Source: Chlamydiota bacterium (GTDB lineage Bacteria; Chlamydiota; Chlamydiia; Chlamydiales; 2-12-FULL-49-11). From it: a stretch of DNA of 43,328 bases. This document shows, in pieces, positions 28,765 through 38,706 of this stretch (the first letter of the stretch is position 1; every line of letters begins with the position of its first letter). The notes beneath the pieces were generated by a model. It searched no databases and was not told the DNA's origin. It was given only the letters and a program-made list of their open reading frames with translations. The stretch spans positions 1-43,328 of the forward strand of contig JAHFTJ010000001.1 in NCBI GenBank assembly GCA_023269435.1. The letters run 5' to 3'. A program made the translations under genes and the position numbers.

Positions 28765-29282
28765 TGTGTTCTTTGATTTTTAACAAAAGTATTTGCACTG
28801 TTAAATTGAGCTGTTGCAGTTGTAATAGATGTTAATAAATAAGAATCGTCAGTAAGTTGTTTAAGTTTTGTCATTAAATGAGTCAATGAGTATTGTTCTT
28901 GTTCGTGTAAATTCAATAAGCTATCAATTATTTTATCTAAATCATTAATGTTTAATTTTTCTAAATTTATATTTTGATTAAATGGGTTATTATCATCTGT
29001 AATAATTCCTTTGTATCTTTCTTGAATAGACGGCCAAATTTCCTCTTTAAATTCTTTTATTTTTTGGTGATCTTCTACAGATAATTCCATCTTATTATTT
29101 TTATCCTTATCTTCGCGCAATTGTTTGAAAATTCTTATAAGGTTATTCATAAAAACAGATCGTTTTAAAATTAACTCCTCTTCCATATAAGAATTTGACA
29201 TTTGTTTGTTTACATATAAATCATACTTATTTTGCAATTCACAATTAAGCAAATTCATATTAATATCGTTAGTTCTTACCAT
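28761..29282 (-). CDS. Hypothetical T3SS operon protein (CT863 position)
   Basis: First gene of the operon; helical; C-terminal FVKNQR; GGAG RBS before ATG 29282. Confidence 0.6.
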   Translation of the reverse strand: MVRTNDINMNLLNCELQNKYDLYVNKQMSNSYMEEELILKRSVFMNNLIRIFKQLREDKDKNNKMELSVEDHQKIKEFKEEIWPSIQERYKGIITDDNNPFNQNINLEKLNINDLDKIIDSLLNLHEQEQYSLTHLMTKLKQLTDDSYLLTSITTATAQFNSANTFVKNQRTQ

Positions 29283-29398
29283 TATTAACTCCACTTATTA
29301 GTATCCTAATACACGATAACAGTTTTTCTGTTTAATTATCAATGGGTTTTTTTCTAAAAATTTATGTTAAATAAAAATGAATTGAATATACTACTTTT

Positions 29399-30322
29399 AT
29401 GAAAAAAATTATATTAAGAAGCTTAACGTTTGTTATTTTTTTATATTCTACAGTATTTTCTAATGAAAAAACCATAAACTCTGATTGTGAATGTACAAAA
29501 TGGCGAATTGAAAAAATTGATGATAACGACGTAACTGAAGTTTACTATGTATTTAATCAATATGATGAATTGATTAAGATCTCGAAATCAGAAATAATTA
29601 TTTGCGAAAAATGCAATGAGTTAGATCGGTATTATGTATCACGATCACCAAGAGAGACAATTATTAAGCAAATCTTCGACTGGGCGATACTCTCTACATT
29701 AGAAAATAGCATTGAAATAAATGTTCATGATACATCATTTACATGCGGTGATTATGAAATAAACAAAGAGCACGCATTTTTGTATGTCAATGGCATTAAT
29801 TGTAAACGAGAAGATGTTTACTCTATTGGAAAGAGAATGGCTGAAATTTTAAATTGTCGAGTAACATGTGTATATAATAAAAATGATGGTTTTCATGGCG
29901 ATATATTAAGATGTATAGGAGAAAAATTAAACATAACAACAAATTCCATCCTTAATTTAAAAAATCAAATAAGACATCACATAAATATTGGAGTGGAACA
30001 AATTAACATATTTTGTCATTCTGAGGGGGCGCTTATTACAGATCGTGCTTTACGAAAATTATCAATAAAAGAGAGATCTATAATCAATGTATATGCTTTT
30101 GCCCCTTGCGAAATCATTTCTCAGTACTTGGCAAACAAAGTTAATCATTATATCTCAGCGAGAGATCCCGTTTCATTGTTTAGCATAAAAACTATCGATC
30201 AGTTAAATGCAAAAAATGCAAATATCAAATATTTACAGGCTAGTCCAGGAGAAATATTCGACCACTCCATATTTAATTACTCATATTATAAAAAACTGAA
30301 AAAAGTATTAGCAAATATTTAA
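29399..30322 (+). CDS. Exported alpha/beta-hydrolase-like protein (DUF687-like)
   Basis: Signal peptide; YVNGIN, CHSEG (nucleophile elbow), RDPV (Asp), DHS (His). Confidence 0.7.
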   Translation: MKKIILRSLTFVIFLYSTVFSNEKTINSDCECTKWRIEKIDDNDVTEVYYVFNQYDELIKISKSEIIICEKCNELDRYYVSRSPRETIIKQIFDWAILSTLENSIEINVHDTSFTCGDYEINKEHAFLYVNGINCKREDVYSIGKRMAEILNCRVTCVYNKNDGFHGDILRCIGEKLNITTNSILNLKNQIRHHINIGVEQINIFCHSEGALITDRALRKLSIKERSIINVYAFAPCEIISQYLANKVNHYISARDPVSLFSIKTIDQLNAKNANIKYLQASPGEIFDHSIFNYSYYKKLKKVLANI

Positions 30323-30327
30323 TTCAC

Positions 30328-30377
30328 TATACACACAAAAAACTCAAAAGCCAACTTTTGAGTTTTTTGTGTGTATA
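30328..30377. repeat. Perfect 23-bp inverted repeat between convergent genes; probable bidirectional terminator, related to 39826..39997
   Basis: TATACACACAAAAAACTCAAAAG-CCAA-CTTTTGAGTTTTTTGTGTGTATA. Confidence 0.9.
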
Positions 30378-30382
30378 TCAAT

Positions 30383-31219
30383 TCAGTGACGATTTATAAA
30401 ATTTACATCTGAACAAATTTCTTCAATTTCTGGAACGGTAGGGTATGGTGTCTTGTCCATATAATAATCTACCAGTAAATGTGCATATCCAAGAATACCT
30501 TGCATGATTAATGTGCGATTTGCTGCAGTATTGACTTTGTCGATATCTCCACCACATATTTTAACATGATGTTTAATTTCATTGATAGTATCTTTAGAAA
30601 AATTTTCAATTAATTTTTTGAAATTTGATATATTATTGTAATGTACTTCCATTGACAGCTCATAGAGTAGCTCTGCTATTTCATATGATTCTTTTGTAAC
30701 TTCTTTATTTTTAAAGAAATCTTGAAGTGAGACAATTAGTTTAATCTTGCCTCCACTCCGTTCTACAATTACAGCCTCTCCCTTTTCAGCTTTATTTATA
30801 CAAACTCTTGCAAATCTTATAAATTTTGAATCTATTTGAGACGGTCTATAATTTTTTAAAAATGCAACTATACGCAATCGTAAATTATTAGCTTCAATTG
30901 CAACTTCATCGCGAGACCTGTGAGGACTTGTATTAGATAAACTTTCCGCGCTTTCAGCGAAATTTACAATGTTTATGCGAATTTTTAATTGATTGCATCT
31001 TCCAATTAAATTTTCAATTAACTCCCTTTGGTTTTTAAAGTGTTCTGAAAAATACGATTGATTATTTTTTGCTGTATCAATAATTGATTTATTAATTTTT
31101 TTTAATTGTTTTGATACTTCAGATAATTTTTTTAAATTTACTAGATTGTGTTTGTATAAAAAAGATTTGATAGATTCTAAATTCACTTCGATATGTTGTG
31201 GCTGTAATTGAATAAGCAT
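30383..31219 (-). CDS. Hypothetical protein
   Basis: 278-aa ORF with purine-rich RBS; no motif recognised. Confidence 0.7.
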   Translation of the reverse strand: MLIQLQPQHIEVNLESIKSFLYKHNLVNLKKLSEVSKQLKKINKSIIDTAKNNQSYFSEHFKNQRELIENLIGRCNQLKIRINIVNFAESAESLSNTSPHRSRDEVAIEANNLRLRIVAFLKNYRPSQIDSKFIRFARVCINKAEKGEAVIVERSGGKIKLIVSLQDFFKNKEVTKESYEIAELLYELSMEVHYNNISNFKKLIENFSKDTINEIKHHVKICGGDIDKVNTAANRTLIMQGILGYAHLLVDYYMDKTPYPTVPEIEEICSDVNFINRH

Positions 31220-31463
31220 AAAAACTTCCCTCTATTATTTAACAACTCTATAAGTTTATTATATGATTTTTAACATAAAAATTCAATAAAGCACATTAAT
31301 TTAAGAAGCTACACTATCAATTATTAGTTTGAAAGATAGCAGGTAACTTTCTATGTATTTTCCCGTATTTTTATGGTTTACATTATTAAGTAAATTTTTT
31401 CAAACAAAATTTTTATAAATAAATAGGATCGCAAACAAAAAACCTCGTTAAGTTGGAAATATT

Positions 31464-31492
31464 TTGTACATAAAATTCGTTTATAGTACTAT
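31464..31492 (+). promoter_or_regulatory. sigma66/70-type promoter of tRNA-Val/infC operon
   Basis: TTGTAC-N17-TACTAT, 20 nt upstream of the tRNA. Confidence 0.6.
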
Positions 31493-31512
31493 ACTTCTCT
31501 AATTTGATAAAT

Positions 31513-31586
31513 GGGGTATTAGCTCAGTTGGTTAGAGCGCCACGTTGACATCGTGGAGGTCAGCTGTTCGAGTCAGCTATATCCCA
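31513..31586 (+). tRNA. tRNA-Val(GAC)
   Basis: Cloverleaf GGGGTAT/ATATCCC; anticodon arm CCACG-TTGACAT-CGTGG; T-loop GTTCGAG; CCA not encoded. Confidence 0.97.
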
Positions 31587-31666
31587 AATCAATATTAATT
31601 GAAAAAAAAAACTGAATAATGTAAATTGTCTGACATATGTTCTATAAAAAGATTTTAGGATGAGTA

Positions 31667-32212
31667 TTGAGAATTAATAGAGAAATTAGAGCCGTAAAAG
31701 TGCGTTTAATTACGGAAGATGGCGATCAAATAGGCATATTTAATACATATGATGCTTTAGCAAAAGCTAAAGAAAGTTGTTTAGATTTGGTGGAAATATC
31801 GCCAGGTGCAAATCCTCCAGTTTGTAAAATTATGGATTACGGCAAATTCCGATATCAACAAACAAAAAGAGAGAGAATTAGTAAAAAAGTTACACATCAA
31901 ACTAAAATAAAAGAACTTAAATTTAAGCCAAATATAGATGCTCACGATCTAGAGATAAAGATCAAACACGCAAGGGAATTTATAGAAAAGGGTTGCAAAG
32001 TTAAATTTACTTGCTCGTTTCGCGGTAGAGAGATTGTGTTTATAGATAACAGCAAAGTTATAATGGAAAAAATTTGTATGGCATTAGAAGATATAGCAAC
32101 AGTTGAAACGCCAGCAAAAGTGTTTGGTAAGTCTTTAAGCCTTCTTCTAACGCCTTCGTTAAAAGAAAAAAAACACCAACAGGAGAGGAAAAATGCCGAA
32201 AGCGAAAACTAA
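31667..32212 (+). CDS. infC: Translation initiation factor IF-3 (non-ATG start)
   Basis: RINREIRA, LDLVEISP..PPVCKIMDYGKF, FRGRE. Confidence 0.97.
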   Translation: MRINREIRAVKVRLITEDGDQIGIFNTYDALAKAKESCLDLVEISPGANPPVCKIMDYGKFRYQQTKRERISKKVTHQTKIKELKFKPNIDAHDLEIKIKHAREFIEKGCKVKFTCSFRGREIVFIDNSKVIMEKICMALEDIATVETPAKVFGKSLSLLLTPSLKEKKHQQERKNAESEN

Positions 32213-32390
32213 AAAATCTCTTGCAAAAAGATTTAAAATTACTGGAACTGGAAAATTGTTACGAAAGCAAAAGGGGAGAAGTCATCTTTTAGCAAAAAAA
32301 AGTTCAAAAAGAAAAAGATCATTAGAAAATGATGTTTTGGTAGCAGACAATTTAGTAAAAAAATATAAACGTTTAATACGAGGTCTATAA
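32193..32390 (+). CDS. rpmI: 50S ribosomal protein L35
   Basis: MPKAKTKKS..KRFKITGTGK; operon context. Confidence 0.97.
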   Translation: MPKAKTKKSLAKRFKITGTGKLLRKQKGRSHLLAKKSSKRKRSLENDVLVADNLVKKYKRLIRGL

Positions 32391-32394
32391 GAAA

Positions 32395-32757
32395 ATGGTA
32401 AGAGTTACAAGGTCTGTTGCTAGAAAGCGCAGAATTAACAGGCTTCTTAAGCAAGCAAAAGGATTTGTTGGCGATCGTAAAAACCACCATCGTTTAACTA
32501 GAGATGCTTTAATGAAGGCATGGTCATATGCTTTTAAAGGTCGTAAAGAAAAAAAGAGATGCATGAAAAGCATATGGATCCAAAGGATTAATGCAGCCTG
32601 TAGATGTCACGGAATTTCTTACAGCAAGTTTATAGATGGACTTACTCAAGCTAAGATTGAAATAGATAGAAAGATACTATCATCATTAACTAATGATGAT
32701 CCAAAAGCATTTGAAGTAATAGTTGATAAAGCTAAACAAGCATTAGAAGCCGTATAA
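32395..32757 (+). CDS. rplT: 50S ribosomal protein L20
   Basis: AKGF, WIQRINAA, SYSKFI, DRKILS. Confidence 0.97.
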   Translation: MVRVTRSVARKRRINRLLKQAKGFVGDRKNHHRLTRDALMKAWSYAFKGRKEKKRCMKSIWIQRINAACRCHGISYSKFIDGLTQAKIEIDRKILSSLTNDDPKAFEVIVDKAKQALEAV

Positions 32758-32789
32758 AATTAATTGATATAATAGGATTTTTTTTATAA

Positions 32790-33812
32790 TTGAGAGAAAA
32801 AATTAGAGCTCTGCAAAAAGAGTTTGATAAAAGCGCTAAGTCTGCATCAAGTAGCAAAGAAATAGAAGATCTTAGGGTTATGTTTTTAGGTCGTAAGGGC
32901 TTAGTAACGTCGCTTATGCAAGATTTAAAAGAGTGCTTGCCAGATCAAAAAAAAGAATTTGGCAAACTTATCAATGATATTAAAAATTCTATTTCAGAGA
33001 GTTTAAATAACTCATTTGAGTATCTCAAAGCATGTGAAATTGAAAAAAACACCCTTGAAGAACAAGTTGATATTACACTCCCAGGGATGAAAAATTTTTT
33101 AGGTAAGGCGCATCCAATATCTCAAATGATTGATAAAATGATATTTATCTTATCTCAAATGGGATTTTCAGTTTATCATTCACCAGAATTGGAAACAGAG
33201 TACTACAATTATTCTGGGTTAAATTACCCAGACGACCATCCAGCGCGCGATATGCAAGACACGTATTATATAGATAAAACTTACTTGCTTAGATCACATA
33301 CAACGAGTTTTCAACAAAGGGTTTTAGAAAATCACACGCCTCCGATACGAATGATCTGCACAGGCAAGTGTTACCGCAATGAAACTATATCTACACGATC
33401 GCATGTAATATTTCATCAAATAGATGCCATTTATATAGATAAAAATGTATCTTTTAGCGACTTAATATCTATTATAAAAGAATTTTACTCAAAGCTTTTT
33501 GATGAAAATGTAGAAATTAGAATACGATCTAGTTACTTTCCATTTGTAAAGCCTGGAATAGAGGTAGATGTTAAATGTACCATCTGCAATGGGAATGGAT
33601 GTCGCTTATGCAAAGAAAGCGGTTGGTTAGAAGTAGCTGGAGCTGGAATGGTACATCCAGAAATACTTGCTAATGGCGGGCTTGACCCTGAAGTTTATTC
33701 TGGATTTGCATGGGGCGGTGGAATAGAACGTGTCTATTTATTATTGCATGGGATTAGTGATATCAGGCTATTTTTAGAAAACGATTTTAGATTTTTAGAA
33801 CAATTCCCTTAA
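32790..33812 (+). CDS. pheS: Phenylalanine--tRNA ligase alpha subunit
   Basis: [39 protein letters not shown]. Confidence 0.98.
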   Translation: MREKIRALQKEFDKSAKSASSSKEIEDLRVMFLGRKGLVTSLMQDLKECLPDQKKEFGKLINDIKNSISESLNNSFEYLKACEIEKNTLEEQVDITLPGMKNFLGKAHPISQMIDKMIFILSQMGFSVYHSPELETEYYNYSGLNYPDDHPARDMQDTYYIDKTYLLRSHTTSFQQRVLENHTPPIRMICTGKCYRNETISTRSHVIFHQIDAIYIDKNVSFSDLISIIKEFYSKLFDENVEIRIRSSYFPFVKPGIEVDVKCTICNGNGCRLCKESGWLEVAGAGMVHPEILANGGLDPEVYSGFAWGGGIERVYLLLHGISDIRLFLENDFRFLEQFP

Positions 33813-33820
33813 TTTTATAT

Positions 33821-33905
33821 GGAAGAGTGGCAGAGCGGTTGAATGCACCTGTCTTGAAAACAGGCGTTGGGAAACCAACCGGGGGTTCGAATCCCTCCTC
33901 TTCCG
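33821..33905 (+). tRNA. tRNA-Ser(TGA)
   Basis: GGAAGAG/CTCTTCC acceptor; anticodon arm CCTGT-CTTGAAA-ACAGG; long variable arm; GTTCGAATC. Confidence 0.97.
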
Positions 33906-33928
33906 ACACCTTGGGATTGGGTTCTGAA

Positions 33929-33972
33929 AAGCACAATACACTTAACAATAGCTTGTTAAATGCTTTGTGCTT
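33929..33972. terminator. Hairpin between tRNA-Ser and the convergent GH18 gene
   Basis: AAGCACAA...TTAACAA-TAGC-TTGTTAA...TTGTGCTT. Confidence 0.55.
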
Positions 33973-34004
33973 AACGAACTCTTTAATTGCTTATCCTTAA
34001 TTGC

Positions 34005-36179
34005 TTATCCTTGTATTGATGACCAGTTTGGAAGGAAAGAATTAGACCACTCAGTATTAGCTGCATCAAATGCCCATAAATTTGTTCCGTATCCATTGTT
34101 ATGAGCCCATTGCTCTAATTTTTGATCGCTACTTAAACCACAAGCGGTATCTGAAGTAATATTTATTTGAGAATTAGACATTCCATGAGCCTCCGCCCAT
34201 TTACCCCAACTTTCTGCAAATCCTTCTGCCAATGAACTATCATAATAATCCATAACATTTACGCGATCAATATTGCCTTTTCCGGCTGCGTCAAATAATG
34301 ATTCGTAAAATTGACCCCAATAGTCAGCTGAACCATTAACAGCTATGCTTGTTTGCAAATTTGGGGCATCTTCTTTAAAATCTTTTATAGCACATCCAAC
34401 GGCATTACCCAAACTTGCAGCAGATGATGGATCGCTAGTATTTATCTCTTCCCAATCAAAATCAATTCCACTCAACCCTATATTAGTGCAATAGCTAGCC
34501 AACGCCTGACCCCACGCTTGAGCCTTTGAAGGATCAACTTGACCGTCAGATCCAAGCAAACCATCCCAAATATTATCATATGTTCCGCCGTTCCCTCCGA
34601 TAGTTAGATATACCTTAACTCCTTTAGCATTGCATTGTCCAATCCAATTTTTTAATGCTGTAAGATCGTTGTTATTAAATACAGTATTTCCCTCTCCAGC
34701 TGGCAAAACTGTAAGGACACCGTTAATCATTTCCACACCACCCATAGCCAAATATACTGAATTTACATTTTCAGGGACTGGTATATTGTTAGCGCTAATT
34801 TGCCAAGCCTCATAGTAAGTAGCATTTTGCGCATTAGTTTGCGGTGGATTTATAGGTTGTTCATCTGCTTTAACAACTGCTGCATCACCATTTAATGTAT
34901 TGATTACTTGACTATACTGAGCAAAATTACTCAACATTATTGAGTCTTCATTATTAAATACAGTTTGATTAGCTTGTAATTGAGAATACATTGATTGAAG
35001 TTTATTAAAATCGACTTTAGAAGCATCTCCATCTATTATTTTTTGTGCTAATGTATCGATATCTGCACATTCACTTTTAATTGTTTTTGCCTCCACGTCT
35101 AAAGTAATTTTTTGATTTTGTAAAGAGTTTAGGTTTTTTAAAAGAGACTCTAAATCTTGGCTCATCTTAGCTAAATCTGATTTTGTGTTTGGTCCACATG
35201 AAGATGGATTATTATTATATTGTTGCAATAAAGCTTGATATTCAATGCTTAACGTATTGTATTCAGACGTAGCTTGATCGATATCTTGATCTACGATTTT
35301 AATTTGAGCATTAATACTATTGATTACATTATCACTAGAATTTTTAATTGCACTCGCTTCGTTAGAATATGGATTCACGTTTTCATCACTTTCAACAATA
35401 ACAATGTCAGAATTTAATGTATTTATCAATGTGTTAGAGGCGCTAATATTATCGTTAGATGAATTGATAGTTATTTTACAGCTATCTCTTTCTGGTTTAA
35501 ATTTTCCATATAAATCAGTAAGTTTATTAAAATCAGCTTCAGAGGCATCTCCATTCATTATTTTTTGCGCTAATTCATCTATCTCTAAGCCATTATTATT
35601 TAAAATTGTATTTAGTTCTTGATTTGCATTACATACCTTAGTAACTGCGCAATTTATTTCACCCCTTAGATTATTTAAATCTGACAACATTTTTTGTAAA
35701 TCTGCACCTGTATTCGGTTTACACGAAAGTGGGTTGTTACTGTATTGTTGAAACAAAGCAGTATACTTACTACTTAATGAATTATATTTGTCATTAAGTT
35801 GATCGCAATATTGCTCTAAAGATTCAATCTGATTTTCAATTGTTGAAATCGCGCTATCAACTGCATTTTTAATAACACTAGCTTTATTAGAGCATGGATT
35901 AACAGGTGTATTACCACCTCCATTTGCTTTATACATTGCAGCTTCACCTTGAGCGATACTATCTGGTGTGTTAAAAGTGCTACTGTAGGCATTATTTAAC
36001 CCTTCGACGGCCACATTATAAGCAGCTGTGCCAACTCCATATTTTTCTCCAGCTTCATTAATCATATTTGTATAGTATTGTTGAAAATCTCCCCAATTCT
36101 GTTGTATTGTTGGCGGTGGAGTTATTGTTGATTGTTGTTCGACTAAATTTTGTTGAAAATTAACACTATTAATATCCAT
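34005..36179 (-). CDS. GH18 chitinase-like protein with two N-terminal 175-aa helical repeats
   Basis: KVYLTIGG and SGIDFDWEE (DxDxE), VNVMDY; GGGAG RBS; no hydrophobic signal peptide. Confidence 0.88.
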   Translation of the reverse strand: MDINSVNFQQNLVEQQSTITPPPTIQQNWGDFQQYYTNMINEAGEKYGVGTAAYNVAVEGLNNAYSSTFNTPDSIAQGEAAMYKANGGGNTPVNPCSNKASVIKNAVDSAISTIENQIESLEQYCDQLNDKYNSLSSKYTALFQQYSNNPLSCKPNTGADLQKMLSDLNNLRGEINCAVTKVCNANQELNTILNNNGLEIDELAQKIMNGDASEADFNKLTDLYGKFKPERDSCKITINSSNDNISASNTLINTLNSDIVIVESDENVNPYSNEASAIKNSSDNVINSINAQIKIVDQDIDQATSEYNTLSIEYQALLQQYNNNPSSCGPNTKSDLAKMSQDLESLLKNLNSLQNQKITLDVEAKTIKSECADIDTLAQKIIDGDASKVDFNKLQSMYSQLQANQTVFNNEDSIMLSNFAQYSQVINTLNGDAAVVKADEQPINPPQTNAQNATYYEAWQISANNIPVPENVNSVYLAMGGVEMINGVLTVLPAGEGNTVFNNNDLTALKNWIGQCNAKGVKVYLTIGGNGGTYDNIWDGLLGSDGQVDPSKAQAWGQALASYCTNIGLSGIDFDWEEINTSDPSSAASLGNAVGCAIKDFKEDAPNLQTSIAVNGSADYWGQFYESLFDAAGKGNIDRVNVMDYYDSSLAEGFAESWGKWAEAHGMSNSQINITSDTACGLSSDQKLEQWAHNNGYGTNLWAFDAANTEWSNSFLPNWSSIQG
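34851..35900 (-). repeat. Two tandem 525-bp (175-aa) diverged intragenic repeats
   Basis: NPCSNKAS..QQYSNNPLSC.PNT..LAQKIMNGDAS.ADFNKL..INTLNSD versus NPYSNEAS..QQYNNNPSSC.PNT..LAQKIIDGDAS.VDFNKL..INTLNGD; NP anchors at 35900, 35375 and 34850. Confidence 0.9.
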
Positions 36180-36335
36180 AATATTATGCTCCCTTTATTA
36201 AATTAAACATCTTCCTAAGGTTAATTATATATGAATAATAATATAAAGTAAATATAATTATGAAAATTATAACTAGACCTGGACAAAATAGATGATTAAA
36301 TGATATCGAACCCACATTCCGCAAGTAGTCCGAGG

Positions 36336-36794
36336 CTAGGTTTTTAAGGATCGCTCCATTTCTCTTTTATGTTGTTTTTCCTTTAAAACTTCTCGTTTAT
36401 CGTAAATTTTTTTTCCTTTGCAAACGCCAATTTTTACTTTAATTAAACCGTTTTTAAGATAAAACAATAATGCAATAAGCGTAAGACCTTTAATCTCTGA
36501 TAATTTTTTTAATTTTTGTATTTCTTGTTTGTGTAAAAGGAGCTTCCTTTCTCGTTTTTCTTCATGACCAAAATGACTTGAAAATTTGTAAGGCGAAATT
36601 GACACTTGCCTTAACCACGCTTCGTTGTTTTTGATAATTATGTAATTATCTCTTAAATTTCCACCGCCGTCTCTTAGAGATTTAACTTCAGTTCCCTGAA
36701 GTACAATGCCAGCTTCAAATGTTTCAGAAACTTCATAATTATGATATGCTGATCTATACGAAGCTAATTCACTAGTTGTTTGCTTTTTGGCCAT
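36336..36794 (-). CDS. smpB: SsrA-binding protein
   Basis: EAGIVLQGTEVKSLR, RKLLLHK, GKKIYDKRE. Confidence 0.98.
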   Translation of the reverse strand: MAKKQTTSELASYRSAYHNYEVSETFEAGIVLQGTEVKSLRDGGGNLRDNYIIIKNNEAWLRQVSISPYKFSSHFGHEEKRERKLLLHKQEIQKLKKLSEIKGLTLIALLFYLKNGLIKVKIGVCKGKKIYDKREVLKEKQHKREMERSLKT

Positions 36795-36801
36795 TTTAGC
36801 T

Positions 36802-37515
36802 TTACTCGATCCTTTTTTTAAAATTTACACAAAATGCTATTAACACTATAAGCATAATGCCTATCCAGAAAACAAAATCTATGATATATTGTAAATGCTC
36901 ATTAACAAAAAACATGCTACTACCTTCTACAATTAGTTTCAATCCAATCCACCCAACTATAACAAATATTACTTGTTCGCACTTTGGGCAATTATTTATT
37001 AATTTAATAAACGTGTTAGCCATGAAGCGCATTATAATTATAGTCAATGCGCCTCCAACATAAATCATCCAAAGTTTATATTTTATCATATTGAGAGGGT
37101 AGTATATTAAAATAATAGCAAAAGCAGCTAAGATTGAATCTATCGCAAATAAAATGTCTGTAATTTCTACTAAAAATACACACTTCCAAAATGTGATTGT
37201 ATTTTTTTGCGATTCTATTTTTTTACGAAATTTTATTGAATGCTCAATAGCTAAATACATCAAATATAAGCCTCCAATTATTTGTATAAAAAGTATATCA
37301 ATAACGTATGAGACAAATACTATAATTACTCCTCGTAAAATTAATCCAGAGGCAAGACCGTAAAAAAGCGCTTGTCTTCTATTTTTAGATGGTAGTTTAT
37401 TAATAATTAAAGCTAATACGCTTACGTTATCTGCAGAAAAAATAATTTCAATAAATAATAAAATAAGAATTATTGGAAAATCTACTAATGAAAATATTTG
37501 CACTGGAATATTCAT
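36802..37515 (-). CDS. TerC family membrane protein
   Basis: EIIFSADN, DILFAIDSILAA, IMRF, GWIGLKL. Confidence 0.9.
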   Translation of the reverse strand: MNIPVQIFSLVDFPIILILLFIEIIFSADNVSVLALIINKLPSKNRRQALFYGLASGLILRGVIIVFVSYVIDILFIQIIGGLYLMYLAIEHSIKFRKKIESQKNTITFWKCVFLVEITDILFAIDSILAAFAIILIYYPLNMIKYKLWMIYVGGALTIIIMRFMANTFIKLINNCPKCEQVIFVIVGWIGLKLIVEGSSMFFVNEHLQYIIDFVFWIGIMLIVLIAFCVNFKKRIE

Positions 37516-38480
37516 AACGAATTTTTCAAAAATTGACTTAATTTTTTTTGGCTCTCTTCATCACAATGCCACGATTTAATTTCATAGCCTAGCAGTTTGC
37601 TGTAATGTCCTTTATAAGCTCTTATCCGCAAACAATCGTTAAATATTTTTTTACAATCGTTCTCATTGTTATTTTGCATATCTTCTAATATAATAACTTT
37701 TCCTGATATTTTATTTATTAAAGCTTCAGTTAGATATGCGCAGTATTTTTCTGAAAACGAATTTGTAAACTTAGATAACATAACACGTAAAAACTTCGAT
37801 AGATAACGCTCGTAAACTTTATTATTTTTAACAAATGGATTATCCAGTATTAGTAGCGTTTCTTTATTTTTTTCAGCTAAATGTACCGCCGGCATTATGC
37901 CAAATGATTTTCCACTAATAATAATATTTTTATTTTCAGTTTTTATTTTTGATTTTAACCATTGAAATGCATTTTGTGCATCTAATTGTTCTCTATAATT
38001 TACAACCAAAACGTGTATGCCACGCGCTAAATATGTGATTATTGACTTGGGGTCAAGTTCAAACGAAAAATCTGAAGATGGAAAATAAATAATTCCAATA
38101 TTATTTCTTTTAATTGAACAAACGTTTTTTGGCATAGATAGAAAAGAAATTAAAGAATTAGAAGGGTAATCAATCTCAAACAATTGCGCCAATGTACAAT
38201 TTTTTGGTTCAATTAAAATTTGTTTCCATTTTTTATATGCAAATGTCTGATTTTTATTAAAAAGATTTGGATCAAAATATACACAACGATTTTCTATGCC
38301 ATTATTAGATGAAATAAGAATTGTTTTACCACCAATATCTGTTAAAAAATCATTACCTAACTCTCTTAATCTATTGCAACCAATTATATTTATATCTTTT
38401 AATGTAATCTCATCTTGTTTTATTAGTTTATTACAACACGAGGATAATATAAATAATATTAAAAATATTAATAATTTCAT
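37512..38480 (-). CDS. Alpha/beta-hydrolase-like lipoprotein
   Basis: Lipobox-like SSC; GIHVLVVNYR, IIISGKSFG (GxSxG), LILDNPF, late GH. Confidence 0.65.
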   Translation of the reverse strand: MKLLIFLILFILSSCCNKLIKQDEITLKDINIIGCNRLRELGNDFLTDIGGKTILISSNNGIENRCVYFDPNLFNKNQTFAYKKWKQILIEPKNCTLAQLFEIDYPSNSLISFLSMPKNVCSIKRNNIGIIYFPSSDFSFELDPKSIITYLARGIHVLVVNYREQLDAQNAFQWLKSKIKTENKNIIISGKSFGIMPAVHLAEKNKETLLILDNPFVKNNKVYERYLSKFLRVMLSKFTNSFSEKYCAYLTEALINKISGKVIILEDMQNNNENDCKKIFNDCLRIRAYKGHYSKLLGYEIKSWHCDEESQKKLSQFLKNSL

Positions 38481-38648
38481 CTTAATTATGTTAATATAAT
38501 ATCCGTATTTTTTTATAAAGAATTTTAATTTAACATACGTTAATATGATCAATACAAATGGTTATTAAAAAAGAGAAAATATTTGGCTTTTGAATGTAAA
38601 ATGAAAGAGCTCTCTATTAAAGAAAGATGCAATTAAATGTAAGTGACG

Positions 38649-38690
38649 ACATAGCATTCTAAAATGAAACTTCATCTTAGAATGCTATGT
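38649..38690 (-). terminator. Hairpin downstream of the asparaginase gene
   Basis: 14-bp perfect stem ACATAGCATTCTAA/TTAGAATGCTATGT. Confidence 0.6.
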
Positions 38691-38706
38691 TAAAATAAAA
38701 ATTTTC

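Noticed and set aside
31667-33812. Non-ATG infC start and pheS without pheT
   Set aside because: Both are known features: infC autoregulation and the split phe genes of Chlamydiae.
33983-34010. 14-bp tandem duplication TTAATTGCTTATCC at the GH18 stop codon as an att/target site
   Set aside because: Copies are adjacent, no matching copy was seen at the other end of the gene, and no tRNA-Ser 3' duplication was found; likely local slippage.
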